From: Octopus sinensis
Taxonomy: Eukaryota
Length of the DNA stretch: 64,000 nucleotides
NCBI RefSeq assembly: GCF_006345805.1
Contig: NC_043001.1
Span: forward strand, 80,910,001 to 80,974,000
Direction: 5' to 3'
Shown here: in pieces, positions 63,956-64,000 of the stretch
How the letters are laid out: each line of letters begins with the position of its first letter
How positions within the stretch are numbered: the first letter of the stretch is position 1
The notes under the pieces: generated by a model
What the model was told of the DNA's origin: nothing
Seen by the model: only the letters and a program-made list of their open reading frames with translations
Databases searched by the model: none
Position numbers and translations under genes: made by a program

Positions 63956-64000
63956 TCCTAGCATGCTAGGTCACACCATTGTTAATGCATCAGGGAAAAT

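Overview
AT-rich eukaryotic DNA packed with microsatellites, SINEs and MITEs. The repeat families look like those of Octopus (coleoid cephalopod); this assignment is inferred from recalled repeat families, not from a database search. I found one convincing host exon: a 129-bp phase 0/0 exon at 59884-60012 (+) encoding the last blade of a plexin Sema domain. The window therefore appears to be mostly very large plexin introns. Almost all ORFs in the supplied track are translations of simple repeats and are not genes. The intronic DNA holds a CR1-type LINE 3' end, a Tc1/mariner (probably DD37D/maT) relic, two RLE-type (R4/Dong-like) 3' fragments in (TAA)n, Penelope-like termini with hammerhead-like motifs, TTAA-flanked MITEs, several tRNA-SINE families, and minisatellites. 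The most unusual item is a ~1.9-kb CpG-rich element (39500-41411) bracketed by a 14-bp direct repeat. It carries only an L1/Tx1-type ORF1 (RRM-like region, CCHC knuckle, K/E-rich linker, unrecognised C-terminal domain) and no reverse transcriptase, so it is a candidate 'half-LINE'. Its frame can be restored with ten -1 indels and no substitution stops. No prokaryote-type system (CRISPR, operon) is present.
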